IMG/VR virus record: IMGVR_UViG_3300025124_000022
Location: 1 to 34,978 of that record
DNA: 34,978 nt
Direction: 5' to 3' (one strand)
Origin: a virus
Taxonomy: Duplodnaviria; Caudoviricetes
A model generated the notes under the pieces. That model was not told the origin of the DNA. It was given only the letters and a program-made list of their open reading frames with translations, and did not search any database. Both the position numbers and the translations under genes were made by a program. Position 1 is the stretch's first letter. Every line of letters starts with the position of its first letter. Shown piece after piece: positions 8,336 to 17,364 of the stretch.

Positions 8336-11300
8336 GGACCTCCCGCTTGGATCGGATCACATCGACCAAGCGGTCAAAAGCGGCGTTGATCTTTTTGCGC
8401 TCCTCACCCTCGGGGAATGGGCGGTGCTCGATTTCACCGGTGAGAGGTGACCGGTAGTGCTCGTTCGAGGCGTGGTTCGACAGGTAGTCGTTTTTTCGCC
8501 CCATCTCTGCCAACCTGTCTTCGCACCACCCCTGGAATGCGCGGGCAGCCATCTCATCGTTTGCCGCCCAGTATGGCGTTTTCTTCCCCTCATCCAGCTT
8601 TTCTGCTTCGATGGCAAATGCCGATTTCGGGCTGCCAAACTTTGCCTCAATTTCTCCACCATCAGCATTCCCACCAAAGTGGGCGACTGCAATTCTCGTC
8701 CACCCATCCTTGTTTTTTTGCGCCTTTCGGCTGTTCCTTCCGCCAACCACAATGGAGGCGTCAATGTGGCGCAACGCCTCGGAAAGATCGGCGGATTTGG
8801 CAATCTTCTTCCCAATTTGGGTCCATCCCCCGCCATCCTTGAGGTTGTGCTTGGCAAGACGCACATCTTCTGCGGTGTAGACAAAACTTTTCGTGGACTG
8901 ATGGGGCCCTGACCGCATCGCAACCAAGAGCCCATCGAATGCCGATCGGATTTCGCGATCCTGCATCACAAGCGGGTTTTCGGTAACGTGGGTGCTGCTG
9001 GCTTTTGACTCCCCACCGGATGCCTCAGGGAGGAGGTTGTCGAGGGCGTGAAACCACTCGTGCGCCAAAGCCCCACCGCCACCCATCTTGGTCAGGTTTA
9101 TGATGCGGTGGGTGCCTTCCCAGTGCGCCCTAGCTGCACCCCCAAAACCGGCGTTGCCCCGACCGCGCGCCCCGAAGGCCATGGCAAGGCGCCCGTTCAT
9201 TGAAACGAAGTTATCGGGCACGCCGAGGATATCGGCCAAGTCGGCAAAAGCTGCCGCCGTGTGTTCGACGTGGAATTTCGCCGCCCCCGGATCGCTGAGA
9301 ACCCAATTCCCAGACTGGACCTCACGCAGATTGAAATGGCCCTTCAGGGTCGAAGTCGAATCGACCACCACTTCACGCCCACCGACACGCTCGTAACTGT
9401 CGGCGACCTTGAGCTGGAAACGAACCGTTTCGGCCCGTTCTCTTTGGACAGTAACCCTCTCCTTTTTGACCCAGTCCCAATCGGCAATTTTCCCCCTTTT
9501 CGCGCCCGCTACATGTTGCGCAAAGGCGTCGGATCCGCCCCTCATGCTGCGATACTTCAGAACGCCAATGAACCTTTCTCCCATCAGTTGCCACGCGCGG
9601 TGGATTGGGTTTTCGATTTTGTTGCGAAGTTTCGCCCCAGTGCGGATGGCGGAAATCTGATCCCTAATCTTGCGCTCTTCGAATTCAATGTCGGAATCAT
9701 GGGAAACCCACCCACCACCAAGATCACGGCGCTTTGATTCGAACTCTGGATGCGCGGCTTTCCATGCCAAAACCTTGTCCCACGCCGCGTCATGCCGTGG
9801 AGACAACTCCACGATCCTTTGATCAAGTTCTGGGTTCGGTTTCCACTTCCTGTCGATGCGTTTTTTCTGATCCCACCGCGCATTGCTCAGCTCGTTACCA
9901 AGCCGATTCGCGTCCTTCTGGAGCTCCTCAATCTCACTTCTCAGCTCCACCCGAGCTTTGCTCATCACTTCGAGGATGCCTTGCAGCTCCCCGATCCAAG
10001 TTGTTTCCTCTTCAGTCAGCATCTCGCCTTCGAACTCATCGCGAATCTCTCGCAGGACATCGGTCACTTGATTGGGGGTGATGCAGGTCTCCAGTCGATC
10101 GCGAAGTGATTCGAGGCCCAGCGTGTAGTCCTGCCGCGCCTGCGGAGACTCTTCCGAAGGCTTAGGGGCGATCGAGGCATAGATTCGATCAATCAGCCAC
10201 CCGGCCCCAGGATCCATCCCTTTCCCCTGGAGAGCATCCCAATCGACCTCCCCGAACAGGTGGCTTTTGGTGATCACATCCGCGGCTTCGCGCGGATTCG
10301 TCTCCAAGTCGGTCCAATCGATGTCGGTAGACCGGACGCGCTCTTTCGACCGGCTCATCCTCCTGATCGTCGCGGCCGCCGCCTCTTCTTTTCGGCTCCC
10401 CGCGACGTACCCCGTATCCCGGAATCGGTAGTTGGGGCTATTGGGGTCCAGATCATCAGCGTCGGCATAATCCGGGGTTTTCACCGCAGCGGTGGCAGTC
10501 CGGGGCCTCTGGGCGCGACGCGCCTTAATTTTTGGCGTTTGGGTGGGGGCAGATGACGCCGCACCGGTTTCCTCCTCCTCAGGGGTCTCGCGGCGCCACC
10601 GACCGCCCCTCAACACGTAGGTGACACCACCATCTTCCCGTGTGTCCCCCTCCTTCGGTCCGGTTTCCTCGGCGGACGGGCGCCAGTCCGATTGATCAGG
10701 CTTTTTGACCACCACCATCCTGGTCGACACGCCGGTGGGGCGGTCGGAGGACTTGAAACTCCCATCAGGTAGCTTCTCGGATTCACCACCAACCTTCTCA
10801 AGCCAGTTGCGGAAATCCTCGGATTTCTGGTTGCTCCGAAAGAATGGTGACTCGGACATGATGGCGACGAGCGTACCGCCCGGCTTCAGGAACTCGAAAG
10901 CGCGCTGGACATGATCGACGTCCTGTTGACCCTCAAAGGGTGGATTCATCACCACTGCATCGTAGGACGGGGACACGGGAAGGCCCAAAAAGTCCGAGCC
11001 TATGGTGTTGTAGCCCTTGGCGGTCAAGACGTTCTGGAGGCTGCTGCTCATCTCTACAACGTCAGGTGCAACACCGGCGAAACGCACTTGATCGGCGATG
11101 TCCCCCTTGCCTGCAGATGGCTCCAGAACCCTCATTCCCGGTGAAATCCCAGCCCTCTCGATCATCGTTGAGACGATCCCTTTTGGGGTGGGGAAATACC
11201 CTGGAATTTTCAGGAACCGGACCGCCTCCTCGGCGACCTTGATCGGATCCGGCTTTTCGACGCTGCCATCCCTGAACTTGGCGTACTCGGCCAAAGCGAG

Positions 11301-12380
11301 CTGGAGATCCTTCCGGGTGTGAACACCCAGCTTGTTCAGGCGGGTGATGGCCATGGCGTCTGTCTTGATGTGCCATGGGTTGCCGCCTTTCTTTTCCAGG
11401 TCTTTGATCAGCGACTTGGCCTCGTCATGGCTCAACATGACCTTGCCATCCTCCCCGACACTATCGGCGCGCTGCCGGAGCATTTTTGTAAGGGGCGATT
11501 TCTCATCCTTCAGGTCATTGGCATAGGATCGAGCCATTGGCCCCCAGAGACGCAATTCCGGCAAATCAGCTGCCGCCACATCGTCCGGCGTTGGGTCACG
11601 CTTCACGAACTTCATGGCCCGGCGCAGCTCCCTGTCTAGGGCCTCTACTGCGGCCCTAGTGGTCACCCCCGATAGGTACTGGGCTTCCCCAGATTCAATC
11701 GCTGCGGCCAAGTTGACCATCGTCTGCCCAATGCGCTGCCTCTTCTCGGCGTCCTCGATAGCACCGTTGCCCATGCGAGCACGCCGCGCGGTGTTCATAT
11801 TTCTGGGGCGGTTGATTTCCTCATCGGCAGCCGCGATGACCTTCTGGCCGGCCTCCCGGAGCTTGGCTGCCTGCTGTGATCGTTTCTTGATCCTGGAGTC
11901 GGTCTCCTCCTCCGAATGGTCCTCATCAATCCCCTTGGCCTCCCTGATCTCGCTGGCTGGGGGGGCGACATCGAGAACCTCCCGCACACGGGCAACAGGG
12001 ATTCCCCCTGCCTCGGCCAGTTTTTCCACGATTCCAGGATTTCGCTCAATTGCCTCAGAGACAGCATCGGGGCCGCCCATCTTCTCCACCGTCTCTTTCA
12101 GACGGTCTTCTGGGCTCTTCTCTTCAGTGGGTTGAGGTCTTGGCTGGCCGACGAACAGCAGTGTGGGTTGTTTTGGTGCTGGCTGCTCGCCATGGGGGGC
12201 GAAAAAGAGCACCCGTTGCTTCTGGGCATTTTGGGAGTCGGCTGCAATCTTACGCTTGGCGCGGTGGGGGCGAACGTAGGTGCCGTCTTTTCGGGTGTGC
12301 CCAGCTACCTGGACGACGGTGTCGAACAGGGTTCGAGCCTTTTGAAAGAAGGCAGCGAATAAGACTGCGGGTTTTTGCAT
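8262..12380 (-). CDS. Large polyvalent protein: N6-adenine MTase, zincin-like HExxH region and LPD1 domain
   Basis: YFPTP, LEPSAGKG and MNPPF (gamma-type MTase); LAMAFGARG...INLTK...LAHEWFHALD; EMAARAFQGWCEDRL...NDYL (LPD1-like). Confidence 0.88.
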   Translation of the reverse strand: MQKPAVLFAAFFQKARTLFDTVVQVAGHTRKDGTYVRPHRAKRKIAADSQNAQKQRVLFFAPHGEQPAPKQPTLLFVGQPRPQPTEEKSPEDRLKETVEKMGGPDAVSEAIERNPGIVEKLAEAGGIPVARVREVLDVAPPASEIREAKGIDEDHSEEETDSRIKKRSQQAAKLREAGQKVIAAADEEINRPRNMNTARRARMGNGAIEDAEKRQRIGQTMVNLAAAIESGEAQYLSGVTTRAAVEALDRELRRAMKFVKRDPTPDDVAAADLPELRLWGPMARSYANDLKDEKSPLTKMLRQRADSVGEDGKVMLSHDEAKSLIKDLEKKGGNPWHIKTDAMAITRLNKLGVHTRKDLQLALAEYAKFRDGSVEKPDPIKVAEEAVRFLKIPGYFPTPKGIVSTMIERAGISPGMRVLEPSAGKGDIADQVRFAGVAPDVVEMSSSLQNVLTAKGYNTIGSDFLGLPVSPSYDAVVMNPPFEGQQDVDHVQRAFEFLKPGGTLVAIMSESPFFRSNQKSEDFRNWLEKVGGESEKLPDGSFKSSDRPTGVSTRMVVVKKPDQSDWRPSAEETGPKEGDTREDGGVTYVLRGGRWRRETPEEEETGAASSAPTQTPKIKARRAQRPRTATAAVKTPDYADADDLDPNSPNYRFRDTGYVAGSRKEEAAAATIRRMSRSKERVRSTDIDWTDLETNPREAADVITKSHLFGEVDWDALQGKGMDPGAGWLIDRIYASIAPKPSEESPQARQDYTLGLESLRDRLETCITPNQVTDVLREIRDEFEGEMLTEEETTWIGELQGILEVMSKARVELRSEIEELQKDANRLGNELSNARWDQKKRIDRKWKPNPELDQRIVELSPRHDAAWDKVLAWKAAHPEFESKRRDLGGGWVSHDSDIEFEERKIRDQISAIRTGAKLRNKIENPIHRAWQLMGERFIGVLKYRSMRGGSDAFAQHVAGAKRGKIADWDWVKKERVTVQRERAETVRFQLKVADSYERVGGREVVVDSTSTLKGHFNLREVQSGNWVLSDPGAAKFHVEHTAAAFADLADILGVPDNFVSMNGRLAMAFGARGRGNAGFGGAARAHWEGTHRIINLTKMGGGGALAHEWFHALDNLLPEASGGESKASSTHVTENPLVMQDREIRSAFDGLLVAMRSGPHQSTKSFVYTAEDVRLAKHNLKDGGGWTQIGKKIAKSADLSEALRHIDASIVVGGRNSRKAQKNKDGWTRIAVAHFGGNADGGEIEAKFGSPKSAFAIEAEKLDEGKKTPYWAANDEMAARAFQGWCEDRLAEMGRKNDYLSNHASNEHYRSPLTGEIEHRPFPEGEERKKINAAFDRLVDVIRSKREVLKAFAALGGDVFLQGIDTGIPVSD

Positions 12381-12382
12381 GG

Positions 12383-12411
12383 GATCCCCCTATCGGATAG
12401 ATAGGGGGATC
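12383..12411 (-). promoter_or_regulatory. Perfect 12-bp hairpin covering the Shine-Dalgarno of the 1372-aa gene
   Basis: mRNA reads GATCCCCCTATC-TATCC-GATAGGGGGATC-CC-ATG. Confidence 0.6.
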
Positions 12412-12424
12412 ATCACGTCATGAC
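12409..12424 (-). promoter_or_regulatory. Putative late promoter GTCATGAC-GTG-ATGAT
   Basis: Recurring motif about 30 nt upstream of ATG 12380. Confidence 0.6.
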
Positions 12425-12572
12425 AGGGAATATTGGCACGGAAACAAAGCGCCGGGGTTATCCCCTCATCAGAACAAGCTTGGCAGCTTCATACGGAGCA
12501 TTTTCACCGGTAGTTGCTCCAAATGAGGCCATAATTGCTGTGCCAAGTGCCCGGTCGATCAGCCAATCATGC

Positions 12573-13133
12573 TCAAGATCGGCTAGAAACCTTATAGGTC
12601 CTTTCCCCCGCCTCCCTCCCTTTTCCCCGGAAGAACCCAACCGCCGCCTTGATCATCCGCGGCCTTTCCCGGGTGCTCAGCACCTTTTCCTTGAACTCAT
12701 CCATCGGCATTGCGGTGATGGGGCCAAGAAACCGGGGGTCGTCGTAGTGGTCGAGATACGCGCGTTTCGCCTCCTCCTCCGAACCGAACCCGAGCATCAC
12801 CTTGTCCTCGTCGTAGCGGTCCCATTTCCCTGCCTTGCGCTGGTGGACAATGTAGGCGATTGGGGCCTCAGCCTCCGGGCCGAGGTAGCAATCGACGTGA
12901 TCGCCGTCTACACCGAGGCTCCCCCGGATATAGCCGTAGGCGTGGGTCATTTTGGTCCGCCAGGCATGACCATCGCGGTCGACTCCGGAGCGGACCGATC
13001 CTTTTGGGTTCTCGATCGAGATATCGAGCCCCTGAAACCTGCGGTGCTGTTTTTTGTAATTCCCCGCCTCCAGCTGGCCCGGAGATGCGCCTTCCCCGGG
13101 GGGGGTTGCCTTGAAGAAAAGAAAGCTGTTCAT
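12573..13133 (-). CDS. Phage inorganic-pyrophosphatase-like (InPase) domain protein
   Basis: EAGNYKK, ISIENPKGSVRSG, YGYIRG, DGDHVD and DEDKVMLGF motifs; start MNSFLFFKA. Confidence 0.85.
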   Translation of the reverse strand: MNSFLFFKATPPGEGASPGQLEAGNYKKQHRRFQGLDISIENPKGSVRSGVDRDGHAWRTKMTHAYGYIRGSLGVDGDHVDCYLGPEAEAPIAYIVHQRKAGKWDRYDEDKVMLGFGSEEEAKRAYLDHYDDPRFLGPITAMPMDEFKEKVLSTRERPRMIKAAVGFFRGKGREAGERTYKVSSRS

Positions 13134-13309
13134 TGCCCCCACCCCCCAACTGGCTGACCAGACAACGGGCCATGACCATGGCTCGCTTTGTTCCAGTCCC
13201 CGCGACCGCAGTTCTCGCAACGGAAGATTCTCTCTTCGGCTGTTGCCCCTATTGATGGTCGACCGCATTTTGGGCAGCACAGCACCCCGGTTGGTTGTTC
13301 AGTCGCCAT
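13130..13309 (-). CDS. Small zinc-ribbon protein
   Basis: CCPKC...CENC; overlaps both neighbours. Confidence 0.6.
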   Translation of the reverse strand: MATEQPTGVLCCPKCGRPSIGATAEERIFRCENCGRGDWNKASHGHGPLSGQPVGGWGQ

Positions 13310-14519
13310 GGGTCGCCACCCCTCCTCCACCGCTCAACCTCTCCTTGGCCCACCGGACGAACTCCGGGTCGGCCCCAACCGGGGTTCCGGGGACAAGAAC
13401 CCACGCCCCGCGGCAGTGGGGGTGCTGCACCCCGGCTGCGGCCCACCACATTTCGTCCTTGGACCTGGGGATCAACTGCCCACCTACCCGCTGATTTGGA
13501 GCCGCATAGCGCCCCACATTGGTCTTCCCTGCCCAGACCTGGGTCTCGCCGTCTTTGCGCGGCTCAGAGGGGGAAACAACGGTGAAAACACGGTTGTTCA
13601 GGGACTGGCAGAACGGACAGACGCCGATGTAGGCCTCGATCCGCTTGACCTTTGTTCCAGGCTGAAGGGTGGAGATGAACCCCTCATTGATGTTGCGACC
13701 GGTCTCGGTCACCGCCACGCGGCGCCAATCCCGATTGAGGATCGCCAATCGGTCTTGCATTTCTGACTGGAGCGCCCAGATCGTAGCCGCGGGATCACCT
13801 CGACCGGCTGCCTCTTGATGGGCGATCACCATCTGCTTGACTGCGGAGCGGGCGTTTTCTCCAAGCTCTCGAATCGACTCGGCCGCACGCTCCTTGGCAA
13901 AAAGGATCGCGGCGATCCGTCCCCGAGTCATTGCGTCGATCCGACCCCGGGCGATAATCCCGACCTTCTGCGCCGACTCAAGGGTTGCCGGGATACCACC
14001 GACGAGCACGCCCATTTTGGCCACCGTCGGGGGTGGGGTATCGCCCGCCTCGATAGACGCCTTCAACTCCCCAAGTAGCACGCCACGGACGGCCTCCATT
14101 TCGGCGCGTTCCATGATGACGCTCCGCGGAAGGTGTCGGTGGATGACCAAGTCGACCACCTTCATCCAGTCCTCGATGGTGTAGTAGGTCGAGGGAGCTG
14201 ACAGCTCAGCCTCAATCTCCTCCATCTCCCGATCCGACCAGCGCGTCCAGCCCATGGCCTTTGCCAACAAGCCACGGCTTGAGGTCACCCCCCGCCCCGA
14301 GATTGCCGCAATCACATCGGCAAAAACCACCTCAAGGAAACGGCGACCCCAGCTGTCGTAATCCTCGATGACATCGCGAAACACCGGATCATGATGTGGG
14401 GCGGCTGCTGCAGCTTCTGGGGGCGACGTGATCGCCTTGTAAATTCCCTCCAGCGCCTCTCCGGTTTGGGCCTCGTTCAAGTTGCCGATATCGATCAGCA
14501 CTGTTTCTTCCTCTCTCAT
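13299..14519 (-). CDS. MuF-like head morphogenesis protein
   Basis: NRDWRRVAVTE, CPFC and HPHCRG motifs; downstream of the portal. Confidence 0.85.
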   Translation of the reverse strand: MREEETVLIDIGNLNEAQTGEALEGIYKAITSPPEAAAAAPHHDPVFRDVIEDYDSWGRRFLEVVFADVIAAISGRGVTSSRGLLAKAMGWTRWSDREMEEIEAELSAPSTYYTIEDWMKVVDLVIHRHLPRSVIMERAEMEAVRGVLLGELKASIEAGDTPPPTVAKMGVLVGGIPATLESAQKVGIIARGRIDAMTRGRIAAILFAKERAAESIRELGENARSAVKQMVIAHQEAAGRGDPAATIWALQSEMQDRLAILNRDWRRVAVTETGRNINEGFISTLQPGTKVKRIEAYIGVCPFCQSLNNRVFTVVSPSEPRKDGETQVWAGKTNVGRYAAPNQRVGGQLIPRSKDEMWWAAAGVQHPHCRGAWVLVPGTPVGADPEFVRWAKERLSGGGGVATHGD

Positions 14520-15076
14520 GGCCCAGTCCTTTCGCCAAGCCGTTCCAGGCTCCTGTTGATCGATTGCAGGGTTTGGTTGAGGACTGGATCATTCGTAGGT
14601 GGTGGCGTTGTCGCCCGTTGCCAAACCAGTGCGCCGGCGGCACAGACGATCGCGATCATCGCACCCATAACCCATCGATTGACCGCCTTCGAAGCAGCAA
14701 CGGGATCACGCATGTCACCCACGGTTTTTTCGAGGGCCTCGACTCGTGCCTGGCTTGGCAATTTACGCAGTTCTTCCGGGGTCGGCATTTTCGCCAGCGT
14801 GAGTTCGTGCCTCTCCGCCTGCTGTTCTAGGGTCGCAAGCTTTCCCCACAGACGACGGCGCTCCTGCAAATCCATCATCATCCGCTCTTCGATCCTGGCC
14901 AATTCAATGAGGGCGTTGGCAACCTTGTCCATGGTCTCATTGGTCTTTTGCCCAATTGCCGTAACGGTGGCGCCATGATCGTCAATCTTGCTTTTGAGAG
15001 CCCCAACCTCTTCCCGAATTGAATTCAGGGCAACATCTGTGACTCCGCCGCCGACTACCTGCTGCGCCGCTACCAT
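14516..15076 (-). CDS. Coiled-coil protein with a C-terminal transmembrane helix
   Basis: LIELARIEER coiled coil; hydrophobic segment WVMGAMIAIVCAAGALVW. Confidence 0.7.
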   Translation of the reverse strand: MVAAQQVVGGGVTDVALNSIREEVGALKSKIDDHGATVTAIGQKTNETMDKVANALIELARIEERMMMDLQERRRLWGKLATLEQQAERHELTLAKMPTPEELRKLPSQARVEALEKTVGDMRDPVAASKAVNRWVMGAMIAIVCAAGALVWQRATTPPPTNDPVLNQTLQSINRSLERLGERTGP

Positions 15077-15077
15077 G

Positions 15078-15563
15078 TCAGGCCCCCTTCAGCGGCCACA
15101 GCCACCGGCCAAGCCACGATTGCGTGGTTAACTGTGTCTCTGGCTGGATACCGGCAGGATCTGGGGAAGGCCCCTCAATCTCGGCGCTGCCGTCGACCAC
15201 CTGTGGGGTCGATTCTGCCGCCTTCATAAAGAGGTCCGTACCACCCCGGACAAACATCAGTACCTGCCGGCTTTTCGCCATCTCCTCTTCTCCCTCGATT
15301 TTCTGTGGTTCGCCGGCGACGAAAATGGTATCGCCATCTTCGCCACGCAGGATCGCGCCCCCCTCGCCTTCATCAACGACCCCGTAGCGGTGACGAGCCA
15401 TGACTTTGTGCCCGAGCAAATCGGCCCAGCGGACCTTGTGATGATCGCCAGCGGAGTGGACCGTCACCCCGTGTTCCCCTACCGCTTTCACCTCGCCAGC
15501 GCTCATGCCCCCCGGGTGGCGGAAATAAACGTGATCGCCCTTGCGCGCGCTCTTCGGCTCCAT
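15078..15563 (-). CDS. Hypothetical head-module protein (SH3/KOW-like N-terminus)
   Basis: GDHVYFRH...GEVKAVGEHGVTV; TGATG coupling to the portal stop. Confidence 0.75.
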   Translation of the reverse strand: MEPKSARKGDHVYFRHPGGMSAGEVKAVGEHGVTVHSAGDHHKVRWADLLGHKVMARHRYGVVDEGEGGAILRGEDGDTIFVAGEPQKIEGEEEMAKSRQVLMFVRGGTDLFMKAAESTPQVVDGSAEIEGPSPDPAGIQPETQLTTQSWLGRWLWPLKGA

Positions 15564-17305
15564 CACACCCTCCAAATCGTGATGGACTTTTGGAGGGGCT
15601 CCCCCCCTCCACCACCCGGTGCGGGAACATCGACCTTCTTGACTTTGTCCTTGGGCACCCGCGGCGGCAGCATGTCCCCATCGTTTTGCTTCTCTTCAGC
15701 GCCATCGCGCTTCTGCTCGCCGCCGTCATCGCCTTCAATCTGCCCAAAATCCTCCTCGCCAGGCTGACCTGCTTGGGCCTGCGACTGCTGCCAAACGGAG
15801 ATAAGGGCGGGATTGACCGGGGCATTGCCCCATGCCTCGTTGATCGGCCCGAGTTGGAGGCTTTGGCGTAGTTCGTTGACGATCAGAACATCCTTTTTGT
15901 CCTTCCTGTCCTGCTCCAAATCCTTTTGGTTTACACCTTCAAAACGGAAGACGAAATCAGGGTTGAACTCGGAGACAAGGTTGTCGCTCAGCGTTGTTTC
16001 AACCCACGACATCAAAGGGGTGAGTCCGTTGTCCTTGCTGGCAAGGAGTTTTTCCTGGGTGTCTCCACCAGATAACGATGATTTCTGGGAAGCAAAGGAC
16101 TCGAAGTTGATCTCATCGGGGGAAGTGCCGTAAATCGCACAAGACAAGGCAGTCAGGAACGTCATCCATTTCGCAAACATCATCTCATTGAATTCGACAC
16201 CGAATTTCTCGAAGGCGATGCGTGCATCAGGGTCGGAAGACACCATGATGGGCAATGCCCACCGGTTGTTGATGCCTTTGACCATCGCGTTCCAGAGCCG
16301 CCTGAATGCCTCTATCTGCTTGGTGTCGTACTCGCCGGTCAAGTGAAGAACACCATTTGGTATCGCGTTCTCATCGAACCCCTTGGCGTTGATGGTCATT
16401 GCGTTCAGGAAGCCGGTTACCACCCTGACCAATAGCTCAGGCTCACCGAGGCCGTACCCGCCCACCTTGATATCGGTTCTGGGGTTGCGGACCTCGTAGA
16501 TCAGGTTTTCGTAGGTATAGGCAGCAACCGGCCGCATATCGACCAGCTGAAGGGCAAATATTTCATCGTCGCCTTGATACCCTTGCTCCTGGCACAACCG
16601 AATCGTTGCGCCGTCAACCGAATAGAACCCGGACATCCCCAGCCCGGCGGCGCGCTTGTATTCGACTTCAATGGGGGAGGCATCCATCGTCAGGGTGTCG
16701 CGGGTCAGTTTCGCCAGGAAACCTTGAAAGTTGTCTCGTTTGAGCCTCTTCCGCATCCGGGGTCGTGGCTCATCGCCGCAGTTGTTGATGAATCGGACGA
16801 CCTCTTGGGCCTGTTTTTCGTCGGCCTTGGTCATCTTGTAGGCGGGATCGCGGTGGCGGATCACGTACCCAGCCGCGTCGAGGCTTTCCCGGGGGCGGGC
16901 AAAGCTGGACACCTGACGGATGCGGTTCATCACGATGGCTGACAGGATGGGGGTCTGATCGACCATGGTGCGTAGAGTGGTGTAGCCGACCGGAGCTGGT
17001 TTTTCGTAGTAGTCGCCCGAGGCGAAGATCCCAAAGCGGTCGATGTAGGCGGAAACGGTGCGGTTTTCTTTTTTGCCTACCGATGCATCGTCCAGCGTCC
17101 TTGATGCTTTCAGCATCTCGTTGCTGAACTGTGCATCCGTCTGGGCATCGCGAAACATCTCAGCGATTTCATTGGCGAGGACGGATTGCTCCATAGCCTG
17201 CTGGAGCGTCCCTTCCGCCTTCATGAAATCGATTTGTGCATCGTATCGCTCGTCCGCCGGGGCGCCCGGGTTTAGAGCAGTTTTGATTGGCTTGTCGGCG
17301 GGCAT
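15563..17305 (-). CDS. Portal protein
   Basis: Follows terL; VDGATIR, GYGLGEPE, IPNGVL, EMMFAKW and AIYGTSPDEINF; start MPADK after AGGAGG. Confidence 0.92.
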   Translation of the reverse strand: MPADKPIKTALNPGAPADERYDAQIDFMKAEGTLQQAMEQSVLANEIAEMFRDAQTDAQFSNEMLKASRTLDDASVGKKENRTVSAYIDRFGIFASGDYYEKPAPVGYTTLRTMVDQTPILSAIVMNRIRQVSSFARPRESLDAAGYVIRHRDPAYKMTKADEKQAQEVVRFINNCGDEPRPRMRKRLKRDNFQGFLAKLTRDTLTMDASPIEVEYKRAAGLGMSGFYSVDGATIRLCQEQGYQGDDEIFALQLVDMRPVAAYTYENLIYEVRNPRTDIKVGGYGLGEPELLVRVVTGFLNAMTINAKGFDENAIPNGVLHLTGEYDTKQIEAFRRLWNAMVKGINNRWALPIMVSSDPDARIAFEKFGVEFNEMMFAKWMTFLTALSCAIYGTSPDEINFESFASQKSSLSGGDTQEKLLASKDNGLTPLMSWVETTLSDNLVSEFNPDFVFRFEGVNQKDLEQDRKDKKDVLIVNELRQSLQLGPINEAWGNAPVNPALISVWQQSQAQAGQPGEEDFGQIEGDDGGEQKRDGAEEKQNDGDMLPPRVPKDKVKKVDVPAPGGGGGEPLQKSITIWRV

Positions 17306-17327
17306 GGAACCTCCTAGATGAGGCCCC

Positions 17328-17343
17328 ATGGTGGCGTCATGAC
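17328..17343 (-). promoter_or_regulatory. Putative late promoter GTCATGAC-GCC-ACCAT
   Basis: Recurring motif in the terL-portal gap. Confidence 0.65.
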
Positions 17344-17364
17344 GGCTTGGCTTGGTACAGCAGT

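Noticed and set aside
12458-12640. 60-aa - strand ORF after InPase
   Set aside because: Weak start and no motif; may be a remnant, but cannot be supported.
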